A model generated the notes under the pieces. The model searched no databases and was not told the DNA's origin. It was given only the letters and a program-made list of their open reading frames with translations. DNA of 64,000 nt, from contig LVLI01000023.1 in assembly GCA_001687465.1 (NCBI GenBank), positions 1-64,000 of the forward strand. The letters are read 5' to 3'. Of this stretch, positions 12,928 to 24,521 are shown one piece after another (within the stretch, counting starts at the first letter, position 1; each line of letters begins with the position of its first letter). The translations under genes and the position numbers were made by a program. This DNA comes from Halocafeteria seosinensis. Taxonomy: Eukaryota.

Positions 12928-15246
12928 GGAGATGAGTCAGGCGACCGCGACTTCAAGGGTATTCCTACTACCCATACATAACTTACAGTATTACAGATTG
13001 TGACACGATGACTCCATGTATATGTAGCAGAATACATGATGGACATTGAAAGAGAAAAATTTTGTCTGGTATGTACTCTGTGCTCCCCAAGTGTACTTTA
13101 TGGTTGAGCAGTGTTCCGGTAGTTGCGCAAATATCGGATTTGACAAAGAGGGGGAGGGGGGAACCCCCCAGTGTGGAAGGGTATGATTGCACGCATGGAG
13201 CTGTCGAAATGCACATGTGCGTGCACATGAGCTGGGAGGACCATTCATTGAACTTGCCCGGCGCAGGGACAAGACAGCAGCAAGTGTATTTTATGGTTGA
13301 GAATCGTTCATTGGGAAAGCATAAAGGAATCGCTTTTCGGATGAATTACAGTAGTCAGTCAAGGGATTTAGAAGGGGAGGCCAAGAACGCCTAGAGGGAC
13401 GTTCCCCACTGAATTGGGCAGTTCATCGCAAAAATTTTCATAATGCGTTCGTCTGGTACACCCGTACAATTAATTGTAGGAGCGGTGGTTTGAACAAGCC
13501 TTGACCCGTGACAAAGTGGAGTAGACGGTTAGATTCAGCTGTAGGGGCCATGGAGCGCAGCAGTTAGCCTTCTCAAAGTGTACGGAGTGGTATAAATACC
13601 AGCTTTGCTTGTTACGAAAGTTCTCCGACATAGCAACGCGAAAATCCCGATGAGTAGCCTCAGTCTACCATCACTTTGGAGGCGTGTCTCTTCCTTTGCG
13701 GGATACATCCCGTCACAAAACATTTTCGTTATACTCCTAGCTGGATGGAATATCGTGTCTTTTTGAAATATGTTCCTGTTGTAATATAGTGGCTATATTC
13801 GTTGTAGAGACCCATTGCGCCGGGCAGTGCATCGGCAGTACGGTGAATTCTATCTGGAGCGTCAGCAACGAATATAGGTGATAATCATAGTAAAGCATAC
13901 CTATGGTACAAGGAGCGAAACCATTAGTTGGCGTGATATGATAGGGTCGAGTTTATGTTCATGTTAGGAGAGGAAGGGTCTTCAATGTTACTGCGCCAGC
14001 AACGGAATCGATTGGGCTACAGCCAAAGCTCAAGCAATTTCCACGGCATTGTTACTATCCCAAAATTTCAACTGGAATTCCTTTTCCCAGGGCTGTATCG
14101 TTCAACGCTGGTTTCGCTGGTTTAGCTGACAACGTCATCGCTCTAGACAGGTCTCGTTAACTCAATAGCGTTATTTTGGGGAAGGACTGGGGACTCGCGC
14201 ATGGGAGACAGGGTAGAGATAGATACCCGTCGGCAAAACTGTAATCTTCATAAAAATTGAACTTCTGTAGGATCTTGGACGGCATGGATGAAATCTCTCG
14301 CATTGTTGCTTCGCAAGTATCGTCTAATAGCATCCTAATTGTGCAGTCCAGTGCCTCGCCAGTCAGCGCGGGCGAGTGAACAACGGACCTGTCGCGGACT
14401 AACACGGGTGGGCAGTACTGATTAGCGCTCCTCCTTAAATCATTCGGTCTTCTTTCTTCCCGTCTGGCTATACGTCCAATGCAGAGTACTTCGCGTCGTC
14501 GGTTGGAACTCGAGCCACTTAGTGACGTGGGTCAGAAAACCAGTTACACTTGTCTAATTGGATTCGCGGAAAGATGTTCATTGTTACCGTAATGTATGGA
14601 ATGTCTGTGGATGCCTTGAACTCGTGTACGTGGTCAATAATGTTCGCCTCTTTTCAAACAGCCCTTGCTGCACTTCCCCATCTTCGGCGTGTCATTGCGT
14701 GTGTGTGTATTAGTATTTGCTTGTACCTATTGCTCCGTGGAGTGCAAGATTCAAGCAGCGTTGGTGTGTTGGTGTACCTATATGACTTCTCTCATACACA
14801 TATATGCATCCTCGCACAAAACCAACCACGCCCAGTCTCCAGCACTTACCTACTATGGTTGAAGTGGCTGTTGGGATTTGAAATTTCAGTACCTACGGTC
14901 ACCGTCAGCTTGACCTTCCGTTTGACCTATGTGTTAAATTCCTCTGGTAAAAAATTAAATCAACAAACGGCTACAGTCGGATTTACTGGTGCATGTAGAA
15001 GGGGATGCAGGTAAATCAGTGGAAATCGGTAGAAGAGTGCCTCTATCAGATATACCGCTAAAACAATCTGACGAGCTCGCTGTACAATTTACATACCGAA
15101 TTATCGAACGACGCAATCTATCCATATTTCCAGTCAGAACGTATAAGCCAAATCCTAATAGCAATCATTTAGCTGTAGCTTTTAGTAGTACTCGAACGGA
15201 ACATGTACATATATCCATGCATATGACGCCAGCCCAGGCTTCGTGA

Positions 15247-16183
15247 CTAAGGATTGTAGCGGCCTGCGTTCCAGGCTCCTACGCGTCCTAAAATAGTGCG
15301 ATCTCCTGCGCCACGAGCAAATGCTTCTATGTTTATCTCTCTCCATTTGTCTGGGTCAGCGCTGACCCCACCCAAGACCCAATGGACAAACATGTACAAG
15401 CCAAAGTGCCCGACGGTCACAAAACACAGTGTAACAAAGCCTTTGCCAAAACCAATATCTGATGCCTGGATTAATCTCGAATCTAAAGTGAATGAGTAGA
15501 AATATACGATCGTATTTGGGTCCTTGGCAACGTTGCAAAGAATTATGACGCAAACGATCAAGAGTAGGCCTGCACCAATTTAGACCCAACAGTTATTATC
15601 GGCACTCTACGAATTGCTACATCAGGTACACTAACAGTGACGACTTACTTGTGATGGCACCTACTATGTCAGTGTATCCGGTGTTTCCGTACCTCCTAAA
15701 CCAGGATCGCCATCTCAGAGGTATTTCGCACATTTTTGCCACGTATCGAAGAAGAAGGGCGAGCCACATAGATCCCCAAATACACTGCATTGCGATCAAA
15801 CACTTTCTATAGACGTCAAGTTTGTTCGCCAAGTACGAAAACTCGGGATTTATGTTGTGAAGGGAGATAATAAAGTTGGATGATAGTCCCAGGCCGTTGA
15901 TGACGAAAATATTCCAGCCGGAAAGCATGAACCCTCCCGAAACGGCTAAATCCACGAGGCCCAACATCACTGCAAACTAAACCAAACGCTGTTTACTCGA
16001 TAAAGCCGATGACAAAAATCCAGAACACAAAGCAAAAGACGAGCCGGTAGGCCATAAATAATACGCTCTCCTATGTGTACTACCGTGCTGTAAAGGACAG
16101 CAAGTTACAATGAAAGGGTTCCGCTCGCAGAGCGCCGTATCCAGAAGCATCCTCGGGAAATTCATGCAGTGTCGAAGGGACAA
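15247..16183 (-). CDS. Multi-pass membrane protein of unknown function (multi-exon or disrupted)
   Basis: Successive hydrophobic ORFs 15977-16183, 15617-15970, 15247-15561. Confidence 0.4.
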
Positions 16184-16630
16184 GACGTACTAATTATGCG
16201 CGCGTTATACTCCTCTGCTTTGGTCATCGTGGGCTTGCCCAGAAAGGGCTAGCATCCAGACGAGATCACCAAACCAGGCACAGCGCCCACGTTGTACACA
16301 CGGTGCATGTATTCTTTGACGCCGTCCATGCACGATCCGGCGGCAGTGAAACCAGAACCAGAGCTTTAATGCGTTCATGACATGGTGTAATCTTTGATCT
16401 AGGTAATACCACCAGACTGTGAACCACCTATGTAACGCTTCACACAACGAAGATTGAAGATCCCAGAAGACGCTTCGGTTTTCGAACCTTGGGTTTCGAG
16501 TGTTTTATTTGATGGAAGCGCGGTAAGCGGTAATGAAGAGAGACCTGCATACGCACATGTGAGTTCACTGGTATCGTGGTAGCTACTGAAGCCCCTCGCT
16601 GAATCCATAAACAGAACAGCTGGCAGCATT

Positions 16631-19063
16631 ATGATTATGGAGACAGATACGAAGGATTCTTGCCCTTCCATGAATGGGGACAGCTCCAATACCTCCGCTC
16701 CTTTGCTCGATAAAAAGGCCGTCGATTCGGAGGAAGAAAACCCGCAGAATAGCGAGGAGCAGCAACAGGACACTGCTCGAAGCAGTACAAGATCTCCGAT
16801 GGCGCGTTGTTGGAGCTGTATCACAGAATTCTATAGCAGATGGGCTCCTTATTGGCACGTTGTCCAGAGGGCAATACTGCCATTGCTATTTGTGGCTTAC
16901 TACGCGACGTTGCTCAGCAGGGCAAAAACTATCACGGGGATCTTCGCCCTTTTGTTAAATGCACTGGAACTGGTAATCAGTGCAGTATGCTTAGTGCTTG
17001 TCTTTAGTGGAGAATTAGGAGGATCCCCGTACCAGCGATTACAATCTTATAACAATTTTTTCAATCAGGTATGTCTTGGCTCAAAAGTGCCGAGAAGTTA
17101 GAGATACAACCCCGTTTTTCCCCAATGCAGCATTTTGGGTTACGTATAGCAATTTTCCTCAAGACGGTGTTTTCGCTTCTAGTATCAGCAATTACAGTAG
17201 CCCCAACGCATCAAGAAGCGCCTCTCTCCTACAATATTGGATGGAAAGGGCAAATTCAGCTGCATGGACTGTTTTACACGCAATTGTTGTGGGTTCTACT
17301 CTCTGAGGTATGTTTCAGTTTGAATTAAGGATGTCTTTAACGTTCGCCCCTTTATGTCACGTTCGCGCCTTTATATCTTGAGATGAACGTTGACCTTCGA
17401 CGTTTGTGCCATGCAGAGCGCTGAAATTATGAGTGGGGATGTTTCTTTGTCAACGTTTGGCACTACCTCCCTAAATGACTACCATGACTATCCCTTTCTT
17501 GAGAAAGGAACGTTCCAGAACAGATTGGTATCAAAAGCATCCCCTGTGGGCATACTGGTGGGAATGTGTTCAGCCCTTTTGCTGCTTCCTCATGTCCAGT
17601 TGGAATATGAATTAACCCGATCTTCAACTCAAGGTGTATATCCGGCGATGTTGGGGGTCAATCGTGAATTTTCATTCGGAAAATCCCCTGAAAATAATTT
17701 TACCCAGAACAATCGAACGTTGCAACTCCGGAACATTAAGCTAACTAGCCATCTGCAGAGCCTTGGCGAGATAAGGATGAGTTCAAATCTGTCCACAGCC
17801 GACGATGTGTTGCTGCTTGACTTTATGGACCCAGCAGAAACGAGGAAGAAAAATAGCAGTTATGGCATTGTTCCTCTTATTTTCGGAAAGAGTGCAAAGA
17901 CTGCAAGTATTTTCGCAAGTTTCCCTGAACTTGGGAATTATTGCCCGGTATTTTGTCCTACGTTCATTTCCAAGACTATCATAAGTCTAGAGAACCGCAC
18001 TTTCACGGAAAACTATAAGAAACTATCTACTGTCGGTTTATTTTCGCTCCAGCAGACAGACTCGAAGAGCCCGTGCGGATACCGGGAAGCGAACTGCAAG
18101 TCAATTTTGAGAGACCCGGAGCAGGTATTTGCATCCTTCAATTATGCACCTCTTTTTAGATACGAAGACATCACTGGTCAATCTTCTGCCATTGAAAAGG
18201 CCAAGCTTAGTGGAATGATGACCTTAATGCAGGAGCATATGTATTCCAGCATGAGATACACTACCCTCACTTACGGAAAGGGGGTCAACAAAACATTGGG
18301 AGGAACATTTATCCTAAACGGAGCAACCAGTAGTCAACTCACGTTGTCCTCGACTGCGGCGAGCAATTTTGGGTTTTTTCTTGTAGCGATATGCTTCTTC
18401 GCCCTTCTGCACTCGCTGAGCATATGTTATACAGCCATCAAAACCAAAGAGGGAGAGGAACGTTCGAAAGAGGAGGAACACGAGGAACACGGTTTAGGTT
18501 TTGTAGCATTTGTATTTTCCCCATTTGAAATCCGGCAGCTATTCGAAAGAACGTTTTTTCTGCCAGTGGAGTTTGCGATGTTGGTGCGAAAAAACGACGA
18601 AGATGTGACTGAGGTGCCAACCGAAACGATGAGGGCACGGACCTTGAAAGGAGTTATCTTCGCTCTATGGATGATATTGGGAGGGTTTCTGACATTCTAC
18701 GGGTTGGAGGGTTTCTTCCAATACTCCGACTTCGCGAAATTTGTTCATGATTCCAAAGTTGGATATTCAACAAATCTAGGATACTCGAAGCACTTTTTCG
18801 CTACAGCTTCTGTCTGCAATGGAATTTATGGATGCCGGTACATTACATATTTTTTTATGTTACTGGCGATTGCGACGCTACTGGCGTTCCTCTGCGCCGT
18901 AATGCTCCCTATCACGGTGCATATACTTTCTATTGCCTCGGCTACCGTTGGAAAATGTTGCGGCAATACGGCTGCATGGTACAGTCAAAGTGATCCCCGC
19001 GGATGCCTGCGCAGATGGGGAGATTGGATTAATGCGAGCTATGCGACTGAGGGAGCCCGGTAG
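16631..19063 (+). CDS. Multi-pass membrane protein with a large luminal domain, unknown function, 3 exons
   Basis: Exons 16631-17068, 17131-17307, 17417-19063 join in frame through GT-AG introns; several TM segments and NxS/T sites. Confidence 0.7.
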
Positions 19064-20206
19064 CTTGCGCATCGGTCCAATTCCTCGAATGAGCTAGGTG
19101 GATATTAATTTTCTCTATGTGAGCAGTATATATATGCCATATATATATATATCTTCTTTGCGTCATGTTGTTCATGAGCTATGGGGCAATGAATGCAGCC
19201 CGACGCACCGAAAGCNGAATGCGTAAGACCCTTGTGTTGTTANAGTCACCAGCATGTACTAACGCACGCAGCGGGGATGCTTTGGAAGCGCTCTTATGCG
19301 AGGGGGCCGGTATTCGGTGTGCAGCCCGGGCGGGGTCGATGATGCGGTGGCCGTCACGGAACCCCTTCGACGGCACACACAGACAGCGACGAAGATGGAA
19401 CATCTCCGATGGAATCAGGATTCGAGAACAGCCGAAGAGCAAGCTACACGAATTATGCTAGTAGGTACCTACTTGACCAGCAGTGAGTCCTTCCATCAAT
19501 GATACTCTCTTTCTCTCTTCTACTCCATACCATGCTCACGATGTGTACAGTACTGGCTATTTGGTAGCTTGAATAGCGAAGCCGGAAGGACTACCAGTGT
19601 ATGGGTATTAATATGGTGGCAGTTTTGTTTCCACAAACTTTCCAGCTGGAATCGCCAAGCGAGGAAGTGCTGTCCCTACGGTCATGAAAGATAGTAAGTA
19701 AGTAGTGCTGCGACACTGCCGTTCTGGATGGAGCTTTAAGGTTCGCATAATGAATGGCATTCCAAAGTTACACTGTACTGCATGTCCCGCAACGCCAGTC
19801 ACATTCTGATACCAGTAGTTCTAAGCAGATCCAACGGAATGCCCCCTCTTTCGGAGGTATATGGATCTTCTTCTCATTCCCATTTCAAAGATTGAGTGCC
19901 CTGGGACCAGAAGACTGTTTTGATGGTACAGTGCTCCCGAGTCAAGGCGCAAGTTGGTTCACTAGTTCAAGAATCCCTCGCGCCCAATGCTTGAAAAGTT
20001 CAGAGGCTCTCTAGAACTTCATACTGTGGTGCATCTGGACGAAAGATTGCACTGTGTGGCCTGAATAGCTCCTCCAGACCGTGCTCCATCTCTTCCTGAA
20101 GTTCCAAGATCGGTACACACTGGGCACACGTATTTATACACATATTAGTAGATGCGTGTACGGAAGAAAATCAACTCAATAAATAAACAACAAGTATCAA
20201 TTATCC

Positions 20207-20288
20207 ATATCAGCATCAATCCAAATAGAAGACGTCTTCATGTGCTTAGGTAGGAGTGAAAAGGAATCGGGATCCCGAGATCCCGCAG
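20207..20288 (+). repeat. Dispersed intergenic element with palindromic core tcgggatcccga (copy 2)
   Basis: Homologous to 12839-12927. Confidence 0.7.
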
Positions 20289-20446
20289 TGGGGACGTCGC
20301 ACGCTGCTGAAAAGCGAGCACCCAGCACCAGTGTAGTAGAGTACAACCTGATGAAGGTATTGAAAGATACGAAACTTGTTTGATACTGTATGTATTGTTC
20401 TGCTCCCGGTAGTCCCACAGCTGCTGTGTGTATGCATCGCAAGAAA

Positions 20447-21779
20447 ATGAAATTCACAGTCAATATCTGCTGTATGCTGCTCGTGGGAGTCTTCATGGCG
20501 CAGCAAACGTCATCAGTCGAAGAAGAGGAGCCAAAGATGGAGGAGATGGAGCCCTCTTCTGCTCCTTATCGTGCTATTGACGCTACGGACGGTGAATATG
20601 GCAGCACCGAGTTCTTTTGTCGCCATTGTGGAGCGCCGATTGCGTACCCGGAGGACTATATGTGGGCCCCCAGTGGTGATATGGACACTTCCAAGCTGTC
20701 GTATGTGCAGAAACAGCCCCAATTAGGGTCTCAAGGAAGGCTGTTTGCGTTCAAAAATCCTGCTGGAATCGAGCATAGGGTGGCTTTGTTCCGTGCGGTG
20801 AGCAATGTTCGGGAAGATGCCGCCCCTCAATTCGCAGAAAGCTACTTTAAAAAGTATTCGTGGGTTCCAATCTTTTGCTCGTGTGGACGTCAAATGGGCT
20901 GGAAGTTCATTCACTTGGACGATACCCCGCCGGCAGCCGACTCCGACAGTAAAGCCTCCTCCGTGAGAAAAAAGGATGAGGACGCCGGAGGAAAGACGGG
21001 GACCTCGGCCACGTCTCAGATTCGGGTCGTCCCGTACCACTATGCCGAAGAGGAGGAGCGGTTGAAAAGCCTCAATCGAATATGTCTCACGCACCCCATG
21101 GGCTGGTGGAATGTGCGGTATTGTCACAAGGAGGAAGTCATCCAGTTCCATCGAGAACCGGATGGAACCGTGGATCCGAAATGGAGCTTGGGCAAGTATC
21201 GGGCTCAAGCCGTGGAGCGAACGTCGTTCAATAATGTCCCCCGAGGCTACTATTACAGCTACTTTTATACACAAGGGCAGGTAGGTGACATACAGTTAAT
21301 GGCTGGCAAAGAGGTTGTGCAATTCAAGCGAAATTCCGTTGTGTACTTGGCTCTATTTCACCAACGCAGATTTGCCATGAGACTAACAAAGGAAGGCAAA
21401 CCGAAGCTCAGTTTTTGTGTTGTCCCACGAGAAGCGTAAGTTTTGCGCAATCGTTTCTATGTACCACTTCTACTATGCCTATGCCAAAACGCGTATTTCA
21501 CTGGCATCTGTGCAGTCTGACGTGAAGCCGACGATTCTCAGTGTTCAGGAGCCTAGCGTTTGCAAATATGTTGTTCGCATTTGTGTTCCAGATTTATGTG
21601 AGAAGCCCGCTCCTTCTCCTACCCCCTCTCTCACGCAAGGTCGGCAAGTGTCGTCAGTGGAAAAGGACGGGCATGTATCATACTTCTATGGTGTTTGGTG
21701 GGACCAACTCATGGGTAACCGGGATCCTGAACTCCTGTGGATGGAAGATTTAGGATGGGTTAACACCATTCAAATTTAG
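20447..21779 (+). CDS. Secreted/ER protein: signal peptide + CULT (cereblon thalidomide-binding-like) domain + OS-9/PRKCSH (MRH) domain
   Basis: Hydrophobic N-terminus; CRHC...NPAGIEH...SYFKKYSW...CSCGRQMGWKF (CULT); GWWNVRYCHKEEVIQFH...YTQGQICHETNKGRQTE...SVQEPSVCKY (MRH). Introns 21281-21369 and 21436-21515. Confidence 0.85.
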
Positions 21780-21998
21780 TTTATTATTCTGATTGGTAAT
21801 TCCAATCTACCTCCCAAGGAGACGTATGCGCTATTATGCTTCAAATAATTGGCATTCCCACGTGGAGCGGGATAACTTGTTTTTCGTCATCTTTTTTTTA
21901 TCCTTGAGGAAACCCGTTCAACAGCACCACAGCTCAAGGCGCTGTGTCTGCCTTGTCGCTTCCGAAGGTTGAACGCGTCGAATTTATGCCCCGGATTC

Positions 21999-23870
21999 TC
22001 AGTTTATGGCTGCCCTCATTGCTTTGTCGGATTCACAGCTTTCAGTTGTGCTGCTTGTTGTAACAGTTTCGTGTTCTTGGCTATCCGTACTTCCTGTCTC
22101 CTCTGCAGGTTTTTCACACTCATAATACCTGTAGAATATCAATGTGCAATACAGGCGAAAGATTACCGTCAGTGGCATAAATGCAGTCCAAGCTCTCCTG
22201 TATCCGTCGTGATGGCCACGGCCATCAATGCTAATAATGTCATTTGCTTCAACTACGGCATCCGCTATCAACCACTCTAACTGGAGCAAGGCGGCGGCAG
22301 CGCTGGTCCAGCGTGACCACTCTCCCTCTATGAACCCGAGGACGTAGATGTGTACAAGAACTGCAATTGTAGATGCTGTGCTCACACTCAAGTATGCTGT
22401 GGACATATGACAATCCTTCTTTACAGCCGATATCAGCAAGCAGACATTTCCAGCGAAATTGACACCCCCCGCTACCGCTATCAGCAGAGGGCTCACTCTT
22501 AGAGATTCCCAATATCCGTCGGTATTCTTTCTCAGCTGTCTATCACGAGAACGCTTATACCAGCATATCAGCTTGAAGATAAATACGATGATTGTCGTCC
22601 CGCCAAGGAATACACCAGAAAGGTAGCTCACACTACACTTGGAATCCTCCTCAGACACCCACACGTCATTTGAGTACAAAATGAATAATATAGACGGAAA
22701 CGCCAACTCTATACCAATAGGTATCCAGTATCTCTTCGGTCTGTAGTTAGTATCAGGGAAGTCTTGTTGTAACCTGTCTCCTGGTGCTTGCTCGTGATGC
22801 CCGTTTAGAAGTGACGAAGAGGAATCGGAAGCGTTAGCGTCCTCTGCTAGTCGGTCGTTTCCGTATTCGGTCGGAGCTCCCATTTCTTGCTGAGGCTCTG
22901 ACGACTCCAGCCGAACCGCACACTTTGTTTCGGCCTTGTGCTCCGCCGCTTGCTCGTGCTTCCACTCCAGCCGAACAGCACAATTTGGTTCTGCCTTGTG
23001 CTCCGTCGCTTGCTCGTGCTTTCCGTTTTCGGGTAGGGGTGAAGAGGAGGAATCGGTAGCGGGCATGTGCTGCTCGCTGCTAGCCCGTTGCTGATCTTCT
23101 TTTGGCTGATTGCGTTCGGTCTTCCTAATGCTTTCCGTCAATTCGTGCATACCTCCTGGCTGAGAATTTCGTCCTTGACGGCTTTTGAGATAGCCGTAAC
23201 CGAAGGTGATGTCGACAACTTTGAGTAAGAAATCTGCAGTAAGAGCCACAACAAATCGTGCAACGAACTCTTGCTTCTCGCTCAGTTGGTTAGATATCGC
23301 TTGGAGCCTTCGATGCTCGAATAGCGCAAACGACGAATATCTTAACAACGTGACCCATGACCAGAAATGTATAGCCAGATGGGGAATCGAGGAAACGTCC
23401 ACAGGCTTGGTGTCGACAGTGGCATTAACCAACATAGCAACGCCCCATACGATATCCAGTACTCTTTGCGCCCAATAAATTCCGTCAGCATCAGAGTCTG
23501 TCAAGAAGATGATGCAAAGATAATAAGTGACATAGAAGGGAAATCTGTGAGCTAAACTCTCCACCTGGTCCAGCGGGCGAAATTGAGCCTTGTTCCACCA
23601 AAACCTTGAGCAAATAGCGAAAGTTATTGCTAGAGTTTCGAAAATAATGCCGCATATGCATTCAGCTGTCTTCCACGGTCCAGAGGAGTCCGCGAAAGCG
23701 AACAGAAGGAAGTATGCTAGACTCAGAAGAACCGTTGTTCCTTTCCATATTGCACTCCTGGCAGGTGATGGGGCATTCTCGTCCTGCGAAGAAGGTTCCA
23801 AATTCGAATGTTGTTGTTTCGGCGATCCAGAGAGGGCTTTATATGGGGATAATGCTTTTGGATCCGCCAT
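21999..23870 (-). CDS. Intronless multi-pass membrane protein, paralog A, weakly otopetrin-like
   Basis: 623-aa ORF with two TM bundles around a hydrophilic loop; homologous to 24522-26036. Confidence 0.75.
   Translation of the reverse strand: MADPKALSPYKALSGSPKQQHSNLEPSSQDENAPSPARSAIWKGTTVLLSLAYFLLFAFADSSGPWKTAECICGIIFETLAITFAICSRFWWNKAQFRPLDQVESLAHRFPFYVTYYLCIIFLTDSDADGIYWAQRVLDIVWGVAMLVNATVDTKPVDVSSIPHLAIHFWSWVTLLRYSSFALFEHRRLQAISNQLSEKQEFVARFVVALTADFLLKVVDITFGYGYLKSRQGRNSQPGGMHELTESIRKTERNQPKEDQQRASSEQHMPATDSSSSPLPENGKHEQATEHKAEPNCAVRLEWKHEQAAEHKAETKCAVRLESSEPQQEMGAPTEYGNDRLAEDANASDSSSSLLNGHHEQAPGDRLQQDFPDTNYRPKRYWIPIGIELAFPSILFILYSNDVWVSEEDSKCSVSYLSGVFLGGTTIIVFIFKLICWYKRSRDRQLRKNTDGYWESLRVSPLLIAVAGGVNFAGNVCLLISAVKKDCHMSTAYLSVSTASTIAVLVHIYVLGFIEGEWSRWTSAAAALLQLEWLIADAVVEANDIISIDGRGHHDGYRRAWTAFMPLTVIFRLYCTLIFYRYYECEKPAEETGSTDSQEHETVTTSSTTESCESDKAMRAAIN
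22903..23021. repeat. In-frame 60-bp tandem duplication in the loop of paralog A
   Basis: KHEQATEHKAEPNCAVRLEW / KHEQAAEHKAETKCAVRLES. Confidence 0.85.
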
Positions 23871-24521
23871 CTAGCCTACAACGGAAGCCGGGATACCACC
23901 AGAAGATACGTCAGAGGGAGCTACCATTAAAGTCAGTATTGGAAGTTCGAAACACACTTGACAATCCGTTTTCATCCACATATAGTCCCCTGTCCCCTGT
24001 CGAGAACACATACGGTATGCTTCACAGCCCGCATCTCGATTCGCTTCGCTTGCGGTTTTTTTTTTGGATACTCGAAGTCTTCATCCGCGTACTTCGCGGA
24101 TCGCGACTACCTGGTACTGCACCACGTTCCTAAATGCGTCATCGCGGGAGTCTCCAGCTCACTTTTGCGAATGCGTGAGAAACATGCACAGAAAGTTTGC
24201 GTCCTGGACGCGGCATCGGCATCCCAGCGTTCCTGCGTGTGAATCATGGGCTGAAGAACGGTTCAAGAATCCAAAGCGGATCATACTTCACAGCGCCTGT
24301 GCATTGAGTGTACACTGTACAGTAGCACACAGATGGGTACATGGCGACGATTGTCAGCTTTTTTTACCTATTCTTTCTGGTACGCATGGTCTTGTGGTTT
24401 TTGGTCAACATGCATGAGAATCATTGAAACGCGTACCGCGAATCTGATCCGTAACAGAAAAATGGAGCATCTGCCAGAAAACTTGCATGCAGTCGAGGTG
24501 CAAGTTACTCTGTAACAAGAT

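Noticed and set aside
13535..15246. Short hydrophobic ORFs as a gene or a paralog of 16631-19063
   Set aside because: Only a faint 'YEDYSF' versus 'YHDYPF' resemblance, many stops and no consistent splice model
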